NCBI GenBank assembly: GCA_963797235.1
Contig: CAWCOX010000009.1
Coordinates: 205,158 to 269,157 of the forward strand
DNA from: an uncultured delta proteobacterium
GTDB lineage: Bacteria > Desulfobacterota > Desulfobaccia > Desulfobaccales > 0-14-0-80-60-11
Length of the DNA stretch: 64,000 nucleotides
Reading direction: 5' to 3'
Shown here: piece after piece, positions 9,737 through 18,725 of the stretch
How the letters are laid out: each line of letters opens with the position of its first letter
Position numbering within the stretch: position 1 is the first letter of the stretch
The notes under the pieces: model-generated
Database searches by the model: none
Told to the model about the DNA's origin: nothing
The model's input: the letters and a program-made list of their open reading frames with translations, nothing else
Position numbers and translations under genes: made by a program

Positions 9737-10345
9737 TTAAGGCACCACAACCACATCTCCCGGCAGGAGAGTGCGGTTCTGCTCCAGTGATCTACCTTGA
9801 CTCACGTCATTATAGTTAAAAGGCATAACCTCATCCTTGCCCCCTGCCTTCCGCAGTACCACAATCGAACTGGGTGAGGCGAAGGGAGTGAGGCCCCCGG
9901 CTATGGAGATGGCCTGCATGACGTCGGTGGGCCGGCCCACTACGAAATCCCCCGGCTTGTTCACTTTTCCAGTGACAAAGATTTTATAATACTGGGTTTT
10001 CAGCAAGATTACGGTCACGTTGGCATCGGTAACGTACTTCCCCAGCCGTTTGGAGATCTCATCCTGCAGTTGCTTGACCGTCATACCAGCGGCCTGGATT
10101 TCACCTACCAATGGATAGGAAATCTTGCCGTCGGGACGGACCACCAGTTGCTTGGTCAAATCCGGCTCTTTCCAGACCGAAATCTCGATGGCGTCCTCGG
10201 GCCCCAACTGATAGGTCTCCTGGGTCACCTTCGCCACCAACGCCGCCTCAGCTTCGGGGTTGCTCGGGGTATACTGTGCAGAGCACCCCCAGATCGCCAT
10301 CAGACCCAATCCCAGAGACATTAATCTTGGCCAGCGCACTTGCAT
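9737..10345 (-). CDS. Periplasmic polysaccharide export protein (Wza-like Poly_export + SLBB)
   Basis: 202 aa with a lipoprotein-like N-terminus LGLMAIWGCSA. YQLGPEDAIEISVWKEPDL export motif. C-terminal SLBB-like ...LLPGDVVVVP. It is the first gene of the EPS operon. Confidence 0.8.
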   Translation of the reverse strand: MQVRWPRLMSLGLGLMAIWGCSAQYTPSNPEAEAALVAKVTQETYQLGPEDAIEISVWKEPDLTKQLVVRPDGKISYPLVGEIQAAGMTVKQLQDEISKRLGKYVTDANVTVILLKTQYYKIFVTGKVNKPGDFVVGRPTDVMQAISIAGGLTPFASPSSIVVLRKAGGKDEVMPFNYNDVSQGRSLEQNRTLLPGDVVVVP

Positions 10346-10472
10346 AGTCTTCAGTCCCTTTAGTGATTGATAAGAGGTATCCTGATTGAATCAAGTTTAT
10401 TATTTTCTATCGACATAATAATGCCTCAAATATTTTCAATATTCAAGCAATAATTATCATATAGAAACTCTG

Positions 10473-10488
10473 TGCAAGAAATCTGCCA
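10473..10488 (-). promoter_or_regulatory. Sigma-54 (-24/-12) promoter for the PEP-CTERM EPS operon
   Basis: The minus strand reads TGGCAG-ATTTC-TTGCA, against a consensus of TGGCAC-N5-TTGCW with exact GG-N10-GC spacing. It lies ~130 nt upstream of start codon 10345 in an AT-rich gap. Confidence 0.65.
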
Positions 10489-10635
10489 GGACTCCCCAAC
10501 CCGGTTAAAGACTGAATTGTCGGCTATCGGGAGATTTTTGGTCCAGATTAGCACAAAAATAGAGCGCTGGCCGCCAAATAATGGGGGTTTCGGTGATTTA
10601 TGCGAATATCTCGAAATATCAGCAAGATATTGAAT

Positions 10636-10691
10636 CGGTGGGAAGGTTGCTATCCTTGATAAAGGCCAGATGGCTGTCATCCGGTGGGAAG
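10636..10691. promoter_or_regulatory. Two copies of CGGTGGGAAG, 46 bp apart, upstream of the sigma-54 promoter (candidate activator-binding sites)
   Basis: Exact 10-mers at 10636-10645 and 10682-10691, about 150-200 bp upstream of the -24/-12 element. Confidence 0.2.
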
Positions 10692-10909
10692 CCGAAAACA
10701 CTTGGCCGAACTGGGTAACGGAGCGCGTATAACCGCGGGTGGAGCCGCCAACCCGGCTCCGGGGGCAGGAGATCAATCCCTTACCGAGAACCTTCCCCGC
10801 CAGGGGAGGTCGGCATAATCTCAGGGCTTATTCAGCCGCAGTGGAACTCTAACCGCAGTTGGGACGGGGAAGGCTCTCATGACGCTGAGGGCGTGACCTG
10901 GAGGTTGGG

Positions 10910-11200
10910 TTAGTGGGGTATGGGCCGGGTAATCTGTTCCAGGTTGCCATCCATGTCGCTGATGACCAGTTTCCCCGAAGGCAGACGCCAGGCCCGGACA
11001 TCGCCGTCGCCCTGGGTTAATTCCGGGGGCATCGGGACGACTTCGGGCACATTGGCCTGGATCTCTACCATCCGCACGGCGGAAATCCCCGCCTCCCGCT
11101 CGGTGGCGGCCTTGCATTCCTGGTAGGTGACGCCTTCTTTCACCAGGGTCTCGATGAGTTCGAGCCGGTCGGAGCCGTTTTCAGACACATAAATAATCAT
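10910..11200 (-). CDS. Hypothetical small protein (96 aa)
   Basis: Strong SD (GAGGAGG) 6 nt before ATG 11200. Balanced composition (MIIYVSENGSDRLELIETLVKEGVTYQECK...). I recognise no family. Confidence 0.55.
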   Translation of the reverse strand: MIIYVSENGSDRLELIETLVKEGVTYQECKAATEREAGISAVRMVEIQANVPEVVPMPPELTQGDGDVRAWRLPSGKLVISDMDGNLEQITRPIPH

Positions 11201-11403
11201 GCCGTTTTCCTCCTCTTAAGATTAACCGGGTGCTACCCAAGCGACCGCTTTTAGTGGTCCGGCCGTGAATCTTCACGGTCCCGCTTAGCTTAAAAGTAAG
11301 GCGCGAATTGATGATGTCAATAAAAGTGAACGGATTCGGAGGAAAACTCACGGGGGGATTGAAGCAGAGAAGTACGGATAGACGGCCATCTCAGGACGCC
11401 GAT

Positions 11404-11442
11404 GGGGGGCGGACCCGGAGGCCCGCCCCAGCGGGTTTTTTA
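11404..11442 (+). terminator. Orphan GC hairpin plus T-tract (GGGGCGG-N-CCGCCCC agcgggTTTTTT) with no annotated plus-strand gene upstream
   Basis: The hairpin and T6 tract were read directly. Orientation fits a plus-strand intrinsic terminator. It belongs to the GGGCGG hairpin family. Confidence 0.35.
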
Positions 11443-11522
11443 ATCAGCTGCGGCGCGCCGCGGGTCCTCAAAAGGGCAGAAGCGGCGGCTTTTTCAGAAT
11501 TCTCAGCTTTGCCGACAGATCA

Positions 11523-12114
11523 TTATTTAACGGCCTGGCGCTGGGTCTTCATGCGTTCCAACAGGAACTCGAAGCCCTTGGTCCGGATCGCCTGGGCGAA
11601 CTGGGTCCGATAATTCTGCAGGATGCTGACGCCGTCCACGTTGACGTCGTAAAGCAACCAGCCCCCGCCCGCCTGGTGCATGAGATAGGTGACCGGAATG
11701 GACTCATTGGGCCGGACAATGGTGGTGTCCACCCGGGCCTTGCTGCCTTCCAGCTTCTCCTGGTTGTAGGTAATGTTCTCTTTCTTGAGAAACTGGACGA
11801 CCATGCGGGTATAGGAATCCTGAAAAAGGTAGCTGAAGGTGGTGACGAATTCCTGGTTCAAATGGCCAGAGGCGGACCCCAGGGCATCTTTGGCCATGAA
11901 GGGAAAGTCAAAGCTCCTGGCGATGATCTGGTGGATTTGCCGCGGACCGCTGGGCTTCATGCGCCGCCCCCGCCAGGGCCGGGTCCGTCTGGATGGCCAT
12001 CACCTGGTCCAGTATGCCCTTCACAAACCCCTTGGGGCTCTCGGCCAGAGCCGGCACAACCGACCAGCACCAGACCATCAGGACGAGACTCGCTAGACAA
12101 CGTGATCTTTTCAT
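11523..12114 (-). pseudogene. MlaC/Ttg2D-like periplasmic lipid-binding protein, one frameshift (~11955)
   Basis: ORF 11908-12114 carries a signal peptide (MKRSRCLASLVLMVWCWSVVPALA). ORF 11523-11960 carries IARSFDFPFMAKDALG...WLLYDVNVDGVSILQNYRTQF, typical of the MlaC family. SD GAGGAAAAAAAACC precedes the ATG. Confidence 0.7.
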
Positions 12115-14911
12115 GGTTTTTTTTCCTCACCATATGATTGAACCAGCAGACCATCCCGAGGTTGGGATGGCACGAAGGTTCCCGGGGCTCGTAATCCCTT
12201 TCCATTACCCGGATAAAGGCCGGAAGAAAGCTTAAAGAAGCCACCAGGACGCTGAGACTGCCCACCGTAGCCAGCAGACCCAGGCTGAAGACCCCATGGT
12301 GGCCGGAAACCATCAAACTGCCGAAGCCCACCGTGGTGGTCAGGGCAGCCAGAGCCACGCCCTTGGCGGTGCTGGCCGGCAGGGTGATGGACCGGGCCGA
12401 CTCTTCCAACCGCCAGCGCATCAAGATGATGATGCCGAATTCGATCCCCTCCCCCAGGATCAGCGGCACGAACAAGACGTTGGCCTGGTTGAAGGAAATG
12501 CCCAACAGCCACATCAGGTTCAAGGTGAGGCCGGTGCCGACGATCAACGGCAGAAAGGCCAGCAGGGTCATCTTCCAACTGCGGAACAGGACTAAAAGCA
12601 TGGCGGCGATGGCCAGCAGGGCCACGCCCGCGGCCTTGAGGCAGGCATTGCGGAAACCCAGAGTAAAAACGTACAGCAGCACCGGGTCCCCCACGGCGTT
12701 GGGATCGACGCCCCAGAGGCTCTTGACGAAGAGCTTCAAAGGATCGAAATTCCAGATATCCTGGGAGGGGAAGACCCGGAGGAGGAAGGTCCCCTGGTCG
12801 CTGATGAAGCGCTGGCGCACCGCCTGGGGCAGGTCCGCCTGGGTGGGGGCCGGGGTATCCAGGGCCGATTTGACATAACCTTCTACCAGTCCCCACTTTT
12901 CTTGCAGGTCAGCGATGAACTGTCGTTCAAAATTGGCCAGGCGTGCGGCCATCCGGTTTGGTTGGTTGCCATTCAACAAGGGGATGATCCGGTTGATGAG
13001 GCTATGGGTCTCTTCAATCTGCCCGGCGGTGGCCGCCTTTTCTTCTTGAAGACTCCGGGCCGCTTCACCGAGCTTAAAATTGATGCGGCTCAGAATCTCC
13101 GCCAACTCCGCCGGGCTGGAGACCGAAGCCGGTTCCCTGGAGAACTTGATGGAACTCAAAACCGGCCGGAGTTTCTCCAAAAGCGGCCGCTTGGCGTCGA
13201 CCTCGGAGGGGAGAAAGGACAGGATAGACTCGACGTGGGACACCGTGGGCAGCTGTTTCAAGGCCGTGATGCGGTCCTGCAGTTCATCGAGGGAGGAGGT
13301 GGCCACGGCCCCATAAGAAGTGGAATACTTCGAATCCTGGATGAGTTTGTATTCCCAGATCACCGATTCAACCCTTTGATTCTGCAAGTGCAGGGGGTTT
13401 AAATCAAAGGGAACATAACGCCAGGCGGCGACGGCGCCCAGGCCCACCAGGGCCAGACCCAGGCCCACAATGAGCCAGGGCTGGGTCCAATGCAGGTGCA
13501 GGAACGGCTGGGGCGAGCATTCCTCGACCTCGGGGCCGATCGCGCACCGTTCGGAGACGCTGACCAGGGCCGGCACCAATACCATGGTGGCCACCAGCAT
13601 CACCAGGATGCCCATGGTGAGGATCAGGCCCAATTCCGCCAGGCCCTGAAAGCCCATAAAGATCAAGGGCACGAAAGACAGGGCCGCAGCAATTCCGGCA
13701 TAGAAGATGGCGGGGGCGGTGCGCTGGTAGGTGCAGGTCAGGATGGCAAAGGTGCAGGACTTCCCCCCGCTTTGCTCTTCCTCCAGGCGGCATAAATAAT
13801 GGATGCCGTAGTCGATGGTGAGGCCCAGCATCAGCGGGGCAAAAATCATGGAGAGGAGATTCAGGCGCCCCACCACCAGGGTCACCAGGCCGAAGGTCCA
13901 GCACAGGCCGATGATCAGGGCCAGGGTCTCCACCAAAGGACGCCGCAGGCTGCGGAGAAAGAGGAAGAGCAGGGCCATCTGGCCTACCAGGGACAGCCAG
14001 GTGGCCAGGGAGATATCGGCCAGGGAACTGCCCATCTCGTCGGATTCCAGGGCATCCGGCCCGGTCACCCCAGCCTTGATGCCGGGAAAGCGGGTCTCGA
14101 CCCGGTTCACTATCTCGCGCAACAGGGCGACGTCCCGATTCCTGGTGGCGTAGCCATCCGGCTGCGGGGTCACCAGGAAGAGCAGGAACTTGTCATTTTC
14201 GGTGAAAAAATAGCCTTGCTGGCTCAGGTCGCTCAGTTCTTTGGGGAAAAAGGCGTTAAAGGGGGAGACGTAAGGCCGTTCCCCTTCCAGACTCAAGAGC
14301 AACTGCTGGAGCGTGGCGTTCAACAGGGTGACATCCGGCAGCGCGGCCGCGGCCGGCTTGTCGTCCAGAAAACCGGTGAACACCTGGCCGATCATGGTCC
14401 GGGCGATCTGGTCGTTCACCCCCCGATAAAAGGTGAGTAGACCGGGATCGGCCGCCAGTCGGGTCAGCAGCTGTCGTTGGTCCACCAGGCCGTTCTTGAT
14501 CTTCAGGAGGTCTTTCTGCTCCAGATAGAGCAGGGCCCAAGGTTTGAGGATCTCCGGATCGAACCGATAGAAGAGCTCGGGGAAGCGGTCCGGGTAACGG
14601 CGCAGTTCCGTGGCCAGGGCCTCGGCAAACCTGGTGGTTTGCCCGGGGTGGCCGTTTTCCACCACCACCACCAGGCCATCGCGGCCGCCAAATTCCTGGC
14701 TCATATTGTCGCTCAGCTTGACCAGGTGTTTGCTGCTGCCCACCAGGGCATTGCGGCTGGTGTCGATCTTCAGATGGGCAAAGGTATAATAGACCGAGGC
14801 CGCCGCGGTCAGCAGCGAAAGGGCGATGATGGGCCAGGCGCAACACCGCAGCGCCCTCACCCAACTTCGGTAGGTCTTATTTAAGGTATCTTTGGGCCCG
14901 GGTTGCGGCAC
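11957..14911 (-). CDS. RND/MMPL-superfamily lipid exporter (HpnN-like)
   Basis: Two 6-TM bundles, each preceded by a large periplasmic loop. GTG 14911 has GAGGA 7 nt upstream. The last ~50 codons overlap the mlaC-like gene. They are probably read-through caused by the T8/A8 run at 12117-12124, so the likely true stop is ~12111. Confidence 0.7.
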   Translation of the reverse strand: MPQPGPKDTLNKTYRSWVRALRCCAWPIIALSLLTAAASVYYTFAHLKIDTSRNALVGSSKHLVKLSDNMSQEFGGRDGLVVVVENGHPGQTTRFAEALATELRRYPDRFPELFYRFDPEILKPWALLYLEQKDLLKIKNGLVDQRQLLTRLAADPGLLTFYRGVNDQIARTMIGQVFTGFLDDKPAAAALPDVTLLNATLQQLLLSLEGERPYVSPFNAFFPKELSDLSQQGYFFTENDKFLLFLVTPQPDGYATRNRDVALLREIVNRVETRFPGIKAGVTGPDALESDEMGSSLADISLATWLSLVGQMALLFLFLRSLRRPLVETLALIIGLCWTFGLVTLVVGRLNLLSMIFAPLMLGLTIDYGIHYLCRLEEEQSGGKSCTFAILTCTYQRTAPAIFYAGIAAALSFVPLIFMGFQGLAELGLILTMGILVMLVATMVLVPALVSVSERCAIGPEVEECSPQPFLHLHWTQPWLIVGLGLALVGLGAVAAWRYVPFDLNPLHLQNQRVESVIWEYKLIQDSKYSTSYGAVATSSLDELQDRITALKQLPTVSHVESILSFLPSEVDAKRPLLEKLRPVLSSIKFSREPASVSSPAELAEILSRINFKLGEAARSLQEEKAATAGQIEETHSLINRIIPLLNGNQPNRMAARLANFERQFIADLQEKWGLVEGYVKSALDTPAPTQADLPQAVRQRFISDQGTFLLRVFPSQDIWNFDPLKLFVKSLWGVDPNAVGDPVLLYVFTLGFRNACLKAAGVALLAIAAMLLVLFRSWKMTLLAFLPLIVGTGLTLNLMWLLGISFNQANVLFVPLILGEGIEFGIIILMRWRLEESARSITLPASTAKGVALAALTTTVGFGSLMVSGHHGVFSLGLLATVGSLSVLVASLSFLPAFIRVMERDYEPREPSCHPNLGMVCWFNHMVRKKNHEKITLSSESRPDGLVLVGCAGSGREPQGVCEGHTGPGDGHPDGPGPGGGGA

Positions 14912-15354
14912 TATAGTTCCTCAGAATCAAAATGGGCGGGAAGGCCGAGCGCGCAGGCAAACAGGTTGGGCTGATAATCCAACAATCCCCCCGTTGTGCC
15001 GATCCGGATGAGACCTGTCCGGGTTGGCTCCCCGCCATTGTTGAATTATTTAACTTACCACAATTTTAATTTAGTCACAAAACAATCCAGGTGCAAAAAT
15101 TCTAATGCCCTTGGGTAAATTTTGACCAACAATAGTCATGGCTGGCGCGATCGGGATTTTTGAAGATTCACATTAAAATTTCGCTGGCTGGGGAATATAA
15201 AGATCCAGGTGGGTAATGAGGGGCGGGGGAGGAGTATCCGAGCGCTGGACCCCGGCCGAGGGCGGGAGGAGCGCTCTCGCCGGAAGCCCATTTATTGGGA
15301 TTCCGGCGAGTCATTTATTGGGTGCGGCGGCAAAGGCTCTTGGGGTAGCTCACA

Positions 15355-15389
15355 ACGGCAGAGCCCCGAATAATTAGTGGCTCTGCCGT
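15355..15389 (-). terminator. Perfect 11-bp stem hairpin 17 nt downstream of the cytochrome gene stop
   Basis: acggcagagcc-N13-ggctctgccgt. No clear U-tract. Confidence 0.4.
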
Positions 15390-15405
15390 CATTCAGCTAG
15401 ATCGC

Positions 15406-15999
15406 TTATTTGGGAACATCAGTCGCTTTGGATTTGAGAGGATATTTGAGACCCACATTAGCCGGGGTCTTCATCTTGATGACTTTAATGAATTTGTAAT
15501 CCATGCTGTCGTGACAATCATTACATGCGTTAATCACCGTGGTATATTCTTTTTCAAAGGCCTTCCAGTCTTGAGCCTGTATCGCCTTATTGACCGGTGC
15601 AAAGGCCTTTTCGTAGAAATTCTGCCACATTACATATTCGGTCGGTTTGGTTAATGAAGCTGGTTTCATCGCGCCATCCATATACTTGGACATGTATGCT
15701 GCGAGACCCCAGTTACCTTCCTTGGCAGCGAAGTACATGTTTTGGAACCGATCACTCACTTCCCGCATGGGTATGGCAAACTTGGGTATTGCGCCCTTGA
15801 TATCGTCGATCTGTTTCTGGAAGTTTGCCTCCGCGGGCGGTGCTGCGGGTGCTGCCGCGGTCGGTGCCGCGGGCGGTGCCGCGGGTGCCTCCTGCGCGGG
15901 TTGCGTGGGTGCCTGCGCGGGTGCCTGCGCAAGTGCAAATAAGGCCCCAGCCAGCACGAATCCTGCTGCAATGACTGCCGTCAACATCTTACTTTTCAT
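15406..15999 (-). CDS. Periplasmic mono-heme c-type cytochrome (four-helix-bundle, c-prime/b562-like) with an Ala/Pro-rich linker
   Basis: Signal peptide MKSKMLTAVIAAGFVLAGALFALA. A low-complexity linker (APAQAPTQPAQEAPAAPPAAPTAAAPAAPPA). A single CNDCH heme-binding motif near the C-terminus. SD GAGGAGG. Confidence 0.6.
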   Translation of the reverse strand: MKSKMLTAVIAAGFVLAGALFALAQAPAQAPTQPAQEAPAAPPAAPTAAAPAAPPAEANFQKQIDDIKGAIPKFAIPMREVSDRFQNMYFAAKEGNWGLAAYMSKYMDGAMKPASLTKPTEYVMWQNFYEKAFAPVNKAIQAQDWKAFEKEYTTVINACNDCHDSMDYKFIKVIKMKTPANVGLKYPLKSKATDVPK

Positions 16000-16349
16000 T
16001 TAGCATCCTCCTCTTTTTGGTTCCATTCAGCAGGCTCATCCGGCTGAATAATTTGTTGCCTGAGGTTTCCACGACATCAATGGGCCGCTCGCTGCTGATA
16101 GAGCCGACCCGCCATTCAAAGATTCCATCGGCTACGAGCTTTATCCTTCACCTCCCATTTGGCATTTGAGCCACGAGCCCTATAGCTCCGGAGCTGGTTA
16201 TTGTTTCATAAGCAAAAGGTAATCTCTCTTGAAAAGAAGTCAAGTTCCCGAAAATCTGAGTGATTCCTTAATCTAATAAAAGATAATCCATCTTAACTAT
16301 ATTTAGGATAGATCAAATTATGTTGGGAAAAGAATCTTTTGAAAGGGGT

Positions 16350-16378
16350 TTGACAGAGTGCCCCAAACTGGTTTAATT
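16350..16378 (+). promoter_or_regulatory. Candidate sigma-70 promoter (TTGACA-N17-TTAATT) for the CHASE2 cyclase gene
   Basis: TTGACA at 16350-16355 and TTAATT at 16373-16378, about 20 nt before TTG start 16400. Confidence 0.35.
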
Positions 16379-16399
16379 TAACCACCCGTTAACCAAAAA

Positions 16400-18556
16400 T
16401 TGAGGTCAGCCTTGTCTGACGGTTCCAGTCATCTACTCCCGACCAAGCTCAAGGCCGCGGCCTTCATCACCCTGGCAGTTTTGCTCCTCACCTTCTGCCT
16501 GGAGAGCTTCGGAGTCATCGCCCCCTTCCGCCTGAAGACCCTGGACCTGCTGTTCCGCCACGTGCCCCTGGCCAAGGCCTCACCCGAGGTGGTGGTGGTC
16601 ACAGTGGACCAGCCCGACCTGGATTTTTTTAAGAATCAGGGGGTGGTCTGGCCCTGGCCCCGCCAGCTCTACGCCCACATCATCGATTACTGCAAGCAGG
16701 CCGGGGCCAAGGCCGTGATCTTCGACCTCCTGTTCACCGAGGCCTCGTCTTACGGCCCCGAAGACGACCAGCGCCTGGCCCAGGCCGCGGCGGCCGCGGG
16801 CAACGTGGCCCTGCCTTTTTTCCTGACCCGGGAGGAGAAGGGGGCCAACCCGCAGGAGGCGGCCTTGCTGGACAAGGCCGGTTTAACCATCACCGGCCCC
16901 CGGCCTCAGGAGCCGGTGGTTTACCGCTCCATAGTCACCCCGGTCGGTGCTCTGCTGGCTGGAGCCGGAGCCTTGGGGAACGTGGAGTCCAGCCCTGACG
17001 CCGACGGCATCTACCGCCGCGTCCCCCTGGTCCTGCCCTTCAAGGATCGCTGGCTCCCGATGCTGCCCATGGCGGCGTTTCAGCGTTTCGGCCATAATGA
17101 GCCCCTGAAATTCGTCAAAGAGGGGCTGATGGTGGGGAACCTGCGGATTCCCCTGGACGAACGGGGCAACCTCCTCCTCAAGTATCGCGGCCCCAGCCGC
17201 AGCCATAAGCGCTTCTCGGCGGCCAATGTTATTTCTTCCGAGGCGAGAGTTCGCCACAATCTCCCGCCGATCTACCCGCCGGAGGCCTTTGCCGGCAAGT
17301 GGGTCCTGGTTGGTCTCACCGCTCCGGGTTTGTTGGACCTCAAGGCTTCCCCCATGGGCGGGGTTTACCCCGGGGTGGAGGTCCACGCCACCCTGCTGGA
17401 CAACCTGCTGCAGGGGGATTTTCTCCGGACCCTGCCCGGGTGGGCCTTGTGGGCCTGGACCCTGGCGCTGGCGGCGGGCGTCGCCGCGGCGGTCCTCTTT
17501 TCCCCCCGCCTCAGCGTCACCCTGGCCGCTTTCGGCCTGGCCGCCTTTCTCTGCCTGTCCCTGTCGATCCTGGCCTTTTGGCAGGGATGGTGGAGCGACC
17601 CGGTTCTGCCGGGAACGGCCCTGGCCCTGAGCTTCGGGCTGGCCACGGCCTACAGTTATGCCACCGAGGGCCGCCAGAAGCGCTATATCCGCGGCATGTT
17701 CGGCCAGTACATGTCCGAGACGGTCATCAGCCACCTGCTGGCGCACCCGGAAAAGCTGAAGCTGGGGGGCGAGCGCCGCCGGGTTACCCTGTTTTTCTCC
17801 GACCTGGCGGGCTTCACCACCATTTCCGAGCGCCTGGACGCCGAGACCGTGGTGGCCCTGCTCAACGACTACCTTTCCGCCATGACCGAGATCATCCTGG
17901 AGGAGGAGGGCACGGTGGATAAATTCGAAGGCGACGCCATTATGGCCCTGTGGGGCGCTCCCCTGGACCAGGAGGACCAGGCGCTGCGGGCCTGCCGGGC
18001 GGCGCTGCGCCAGCGGGCGGCGCTGGCGGACCTCAACCGGCGCCTGACCAGGCTGAAGTTGCCGCCGCTGTCCATGCGTATCGGGCTGAACACCGGCGAG
18101 GCCATCGTCGGCAACCTGGGTTCCGCCAAACGCTTCGACTACACGGTCATCGGCGACACGGTGAACCTGGCCTCCCGCCTGGAGGGGCTCAACAAATTTT
18201 ATCAGACCGCCGTCATGGCCAGCGAGACCACTGCGGCGGAATGCAGCGAGGCCGTGGCCTTCCGGGAGCTGGACCTGGTGGCGGTGAAGGGCCGGGAGAC
18301 CCCGGTGCGGGTCTTCGAGGTCGTGGCCCTCAAACCGGACCTGACTGTAGAGTTGGAGACCCGGAACCATGAGTTCGCCCAGGCCCTGGAGCTTTATCGC
18401 CAGGGTGATTTTCCCGCGGCCGCGGCGGGCTTTGCCGCGCTCCTGGAGAAGTTCCCGGCAGACGGGCCGGCCGAGACCTTTTTAGGCCGCTGCCGGCGTT
18501 TCCAGGACGATCCCACCCTGCCCCGAGACCCCGTCTTCCGGCCGGATTCGAAATGA
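16400..18556 (+). CDS. CHASE2 sensor-domain class III adenylate/guanylate cyclase
   Basis: 718 aa. N-terminal TM, a periplasmic CHASE2-like region, three TMs, then cyclase core VTLFFSDLAGFTTISE...KFEGDAIMALWGAP...RIGLNTGEAIVGNLGS..RFDYTVIGDTVNLASRLE. Helical TPR-like tail. Confidence 0.85.
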   Translation: MRSALSDGSSHLLPTKLKAAAFITLAVLLLTFCLESFGVIAPFRLKTLDLLFRHVPLAKASPEVVVVTVDQPDLDFFKNQGVVWPWPRQLYAHIIDYCKQAGAKAVIFDLLFTEASSYGPEDDQRLAQAAAAAGNVALPFFLTREEKGANPQEAALLDKAGLTITGPRPQEPVVYRSIVTPVGALLAGAGALGNVESSPDADGIYRRVPLVLPFKDRWLPMLPMAAFQRFGHNEPLKFVKEGLMVGNLRIPLDERGNLLLKYRGPSRSHKRFSAANVISSEARVRHNLPPIYPPEAFAGKWVLVGLTAPGLLDLKASPMGGVYPGVEVHATLLDNLLQGDFLRTLPGWALWAWTLALAAGVAAAVLFSPRLSVTLAAFGLAAFLCLSLSILAFWQGWWSDPVLPGTALALSFGLATAYSYATEGRQKRYIRGMFGQYMSETVISHLLAHPEKLKLGGERRRVTLFFSDLAGFTTISERLDAETVVALLNDYLSAMTEIILEEEGTVDKFEGDAIMALWGAPLDQEDQALRACRAALRQRAALADLNRRLTRLKLPPLSMRIGLNTGEAIVGNLGSAKRFDYTVIGDTVNLASRLEGLNKFYQTAVMASETTAAECSEAVAFRELDLVAVKGRETPVRVFEVVALKPDLTVELETRNHEFAQALELYRQGDFPAAAAGFAALLEKFPADGPAETFLGRCRRFQDDPTLPRDPVFRPDSK

Positions 18557-18725
18557 GGCGCCGCCTCCCTTGCCAAATCAGGAAAAATCTAATAGGTTAG
18601 GGGCACGATTTTTTTGGTAATCGCTGGTGCAGGCAAAGCAATTCACCCTGTTCACCGCGGACCTATTGGGCATTACTTTTTTACCTAAAACTGCAAACCG
18701 GAAACCGCATTAAAAGGAGAGTCTC

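Noticed and set aside
10426-10776. 116-aa ORF on the minus strand within the EPS promoter region.
   Set aside because: It overlaps the sigma-54 promoter and the AT-rich regulatory gap. It has no SD and an implausible composition, so it is probably spurious.
16883-18370. Long antisense ORFs opposite real genes. Examples: 16883-18370(-), 22186-23856(+), 29870-31327(+), 35441-36454(+), 62086-63645(-), 45181-45921(-), 58720-59397(-).
   Set aside because: Their translations are Arg/Gly/Pro/His/Gln-rich and low in complexity, with no recognisable motifs. They lie exactly opposite well-supported conserved genes. These are typical shadow ORFs of high-GC DNA.
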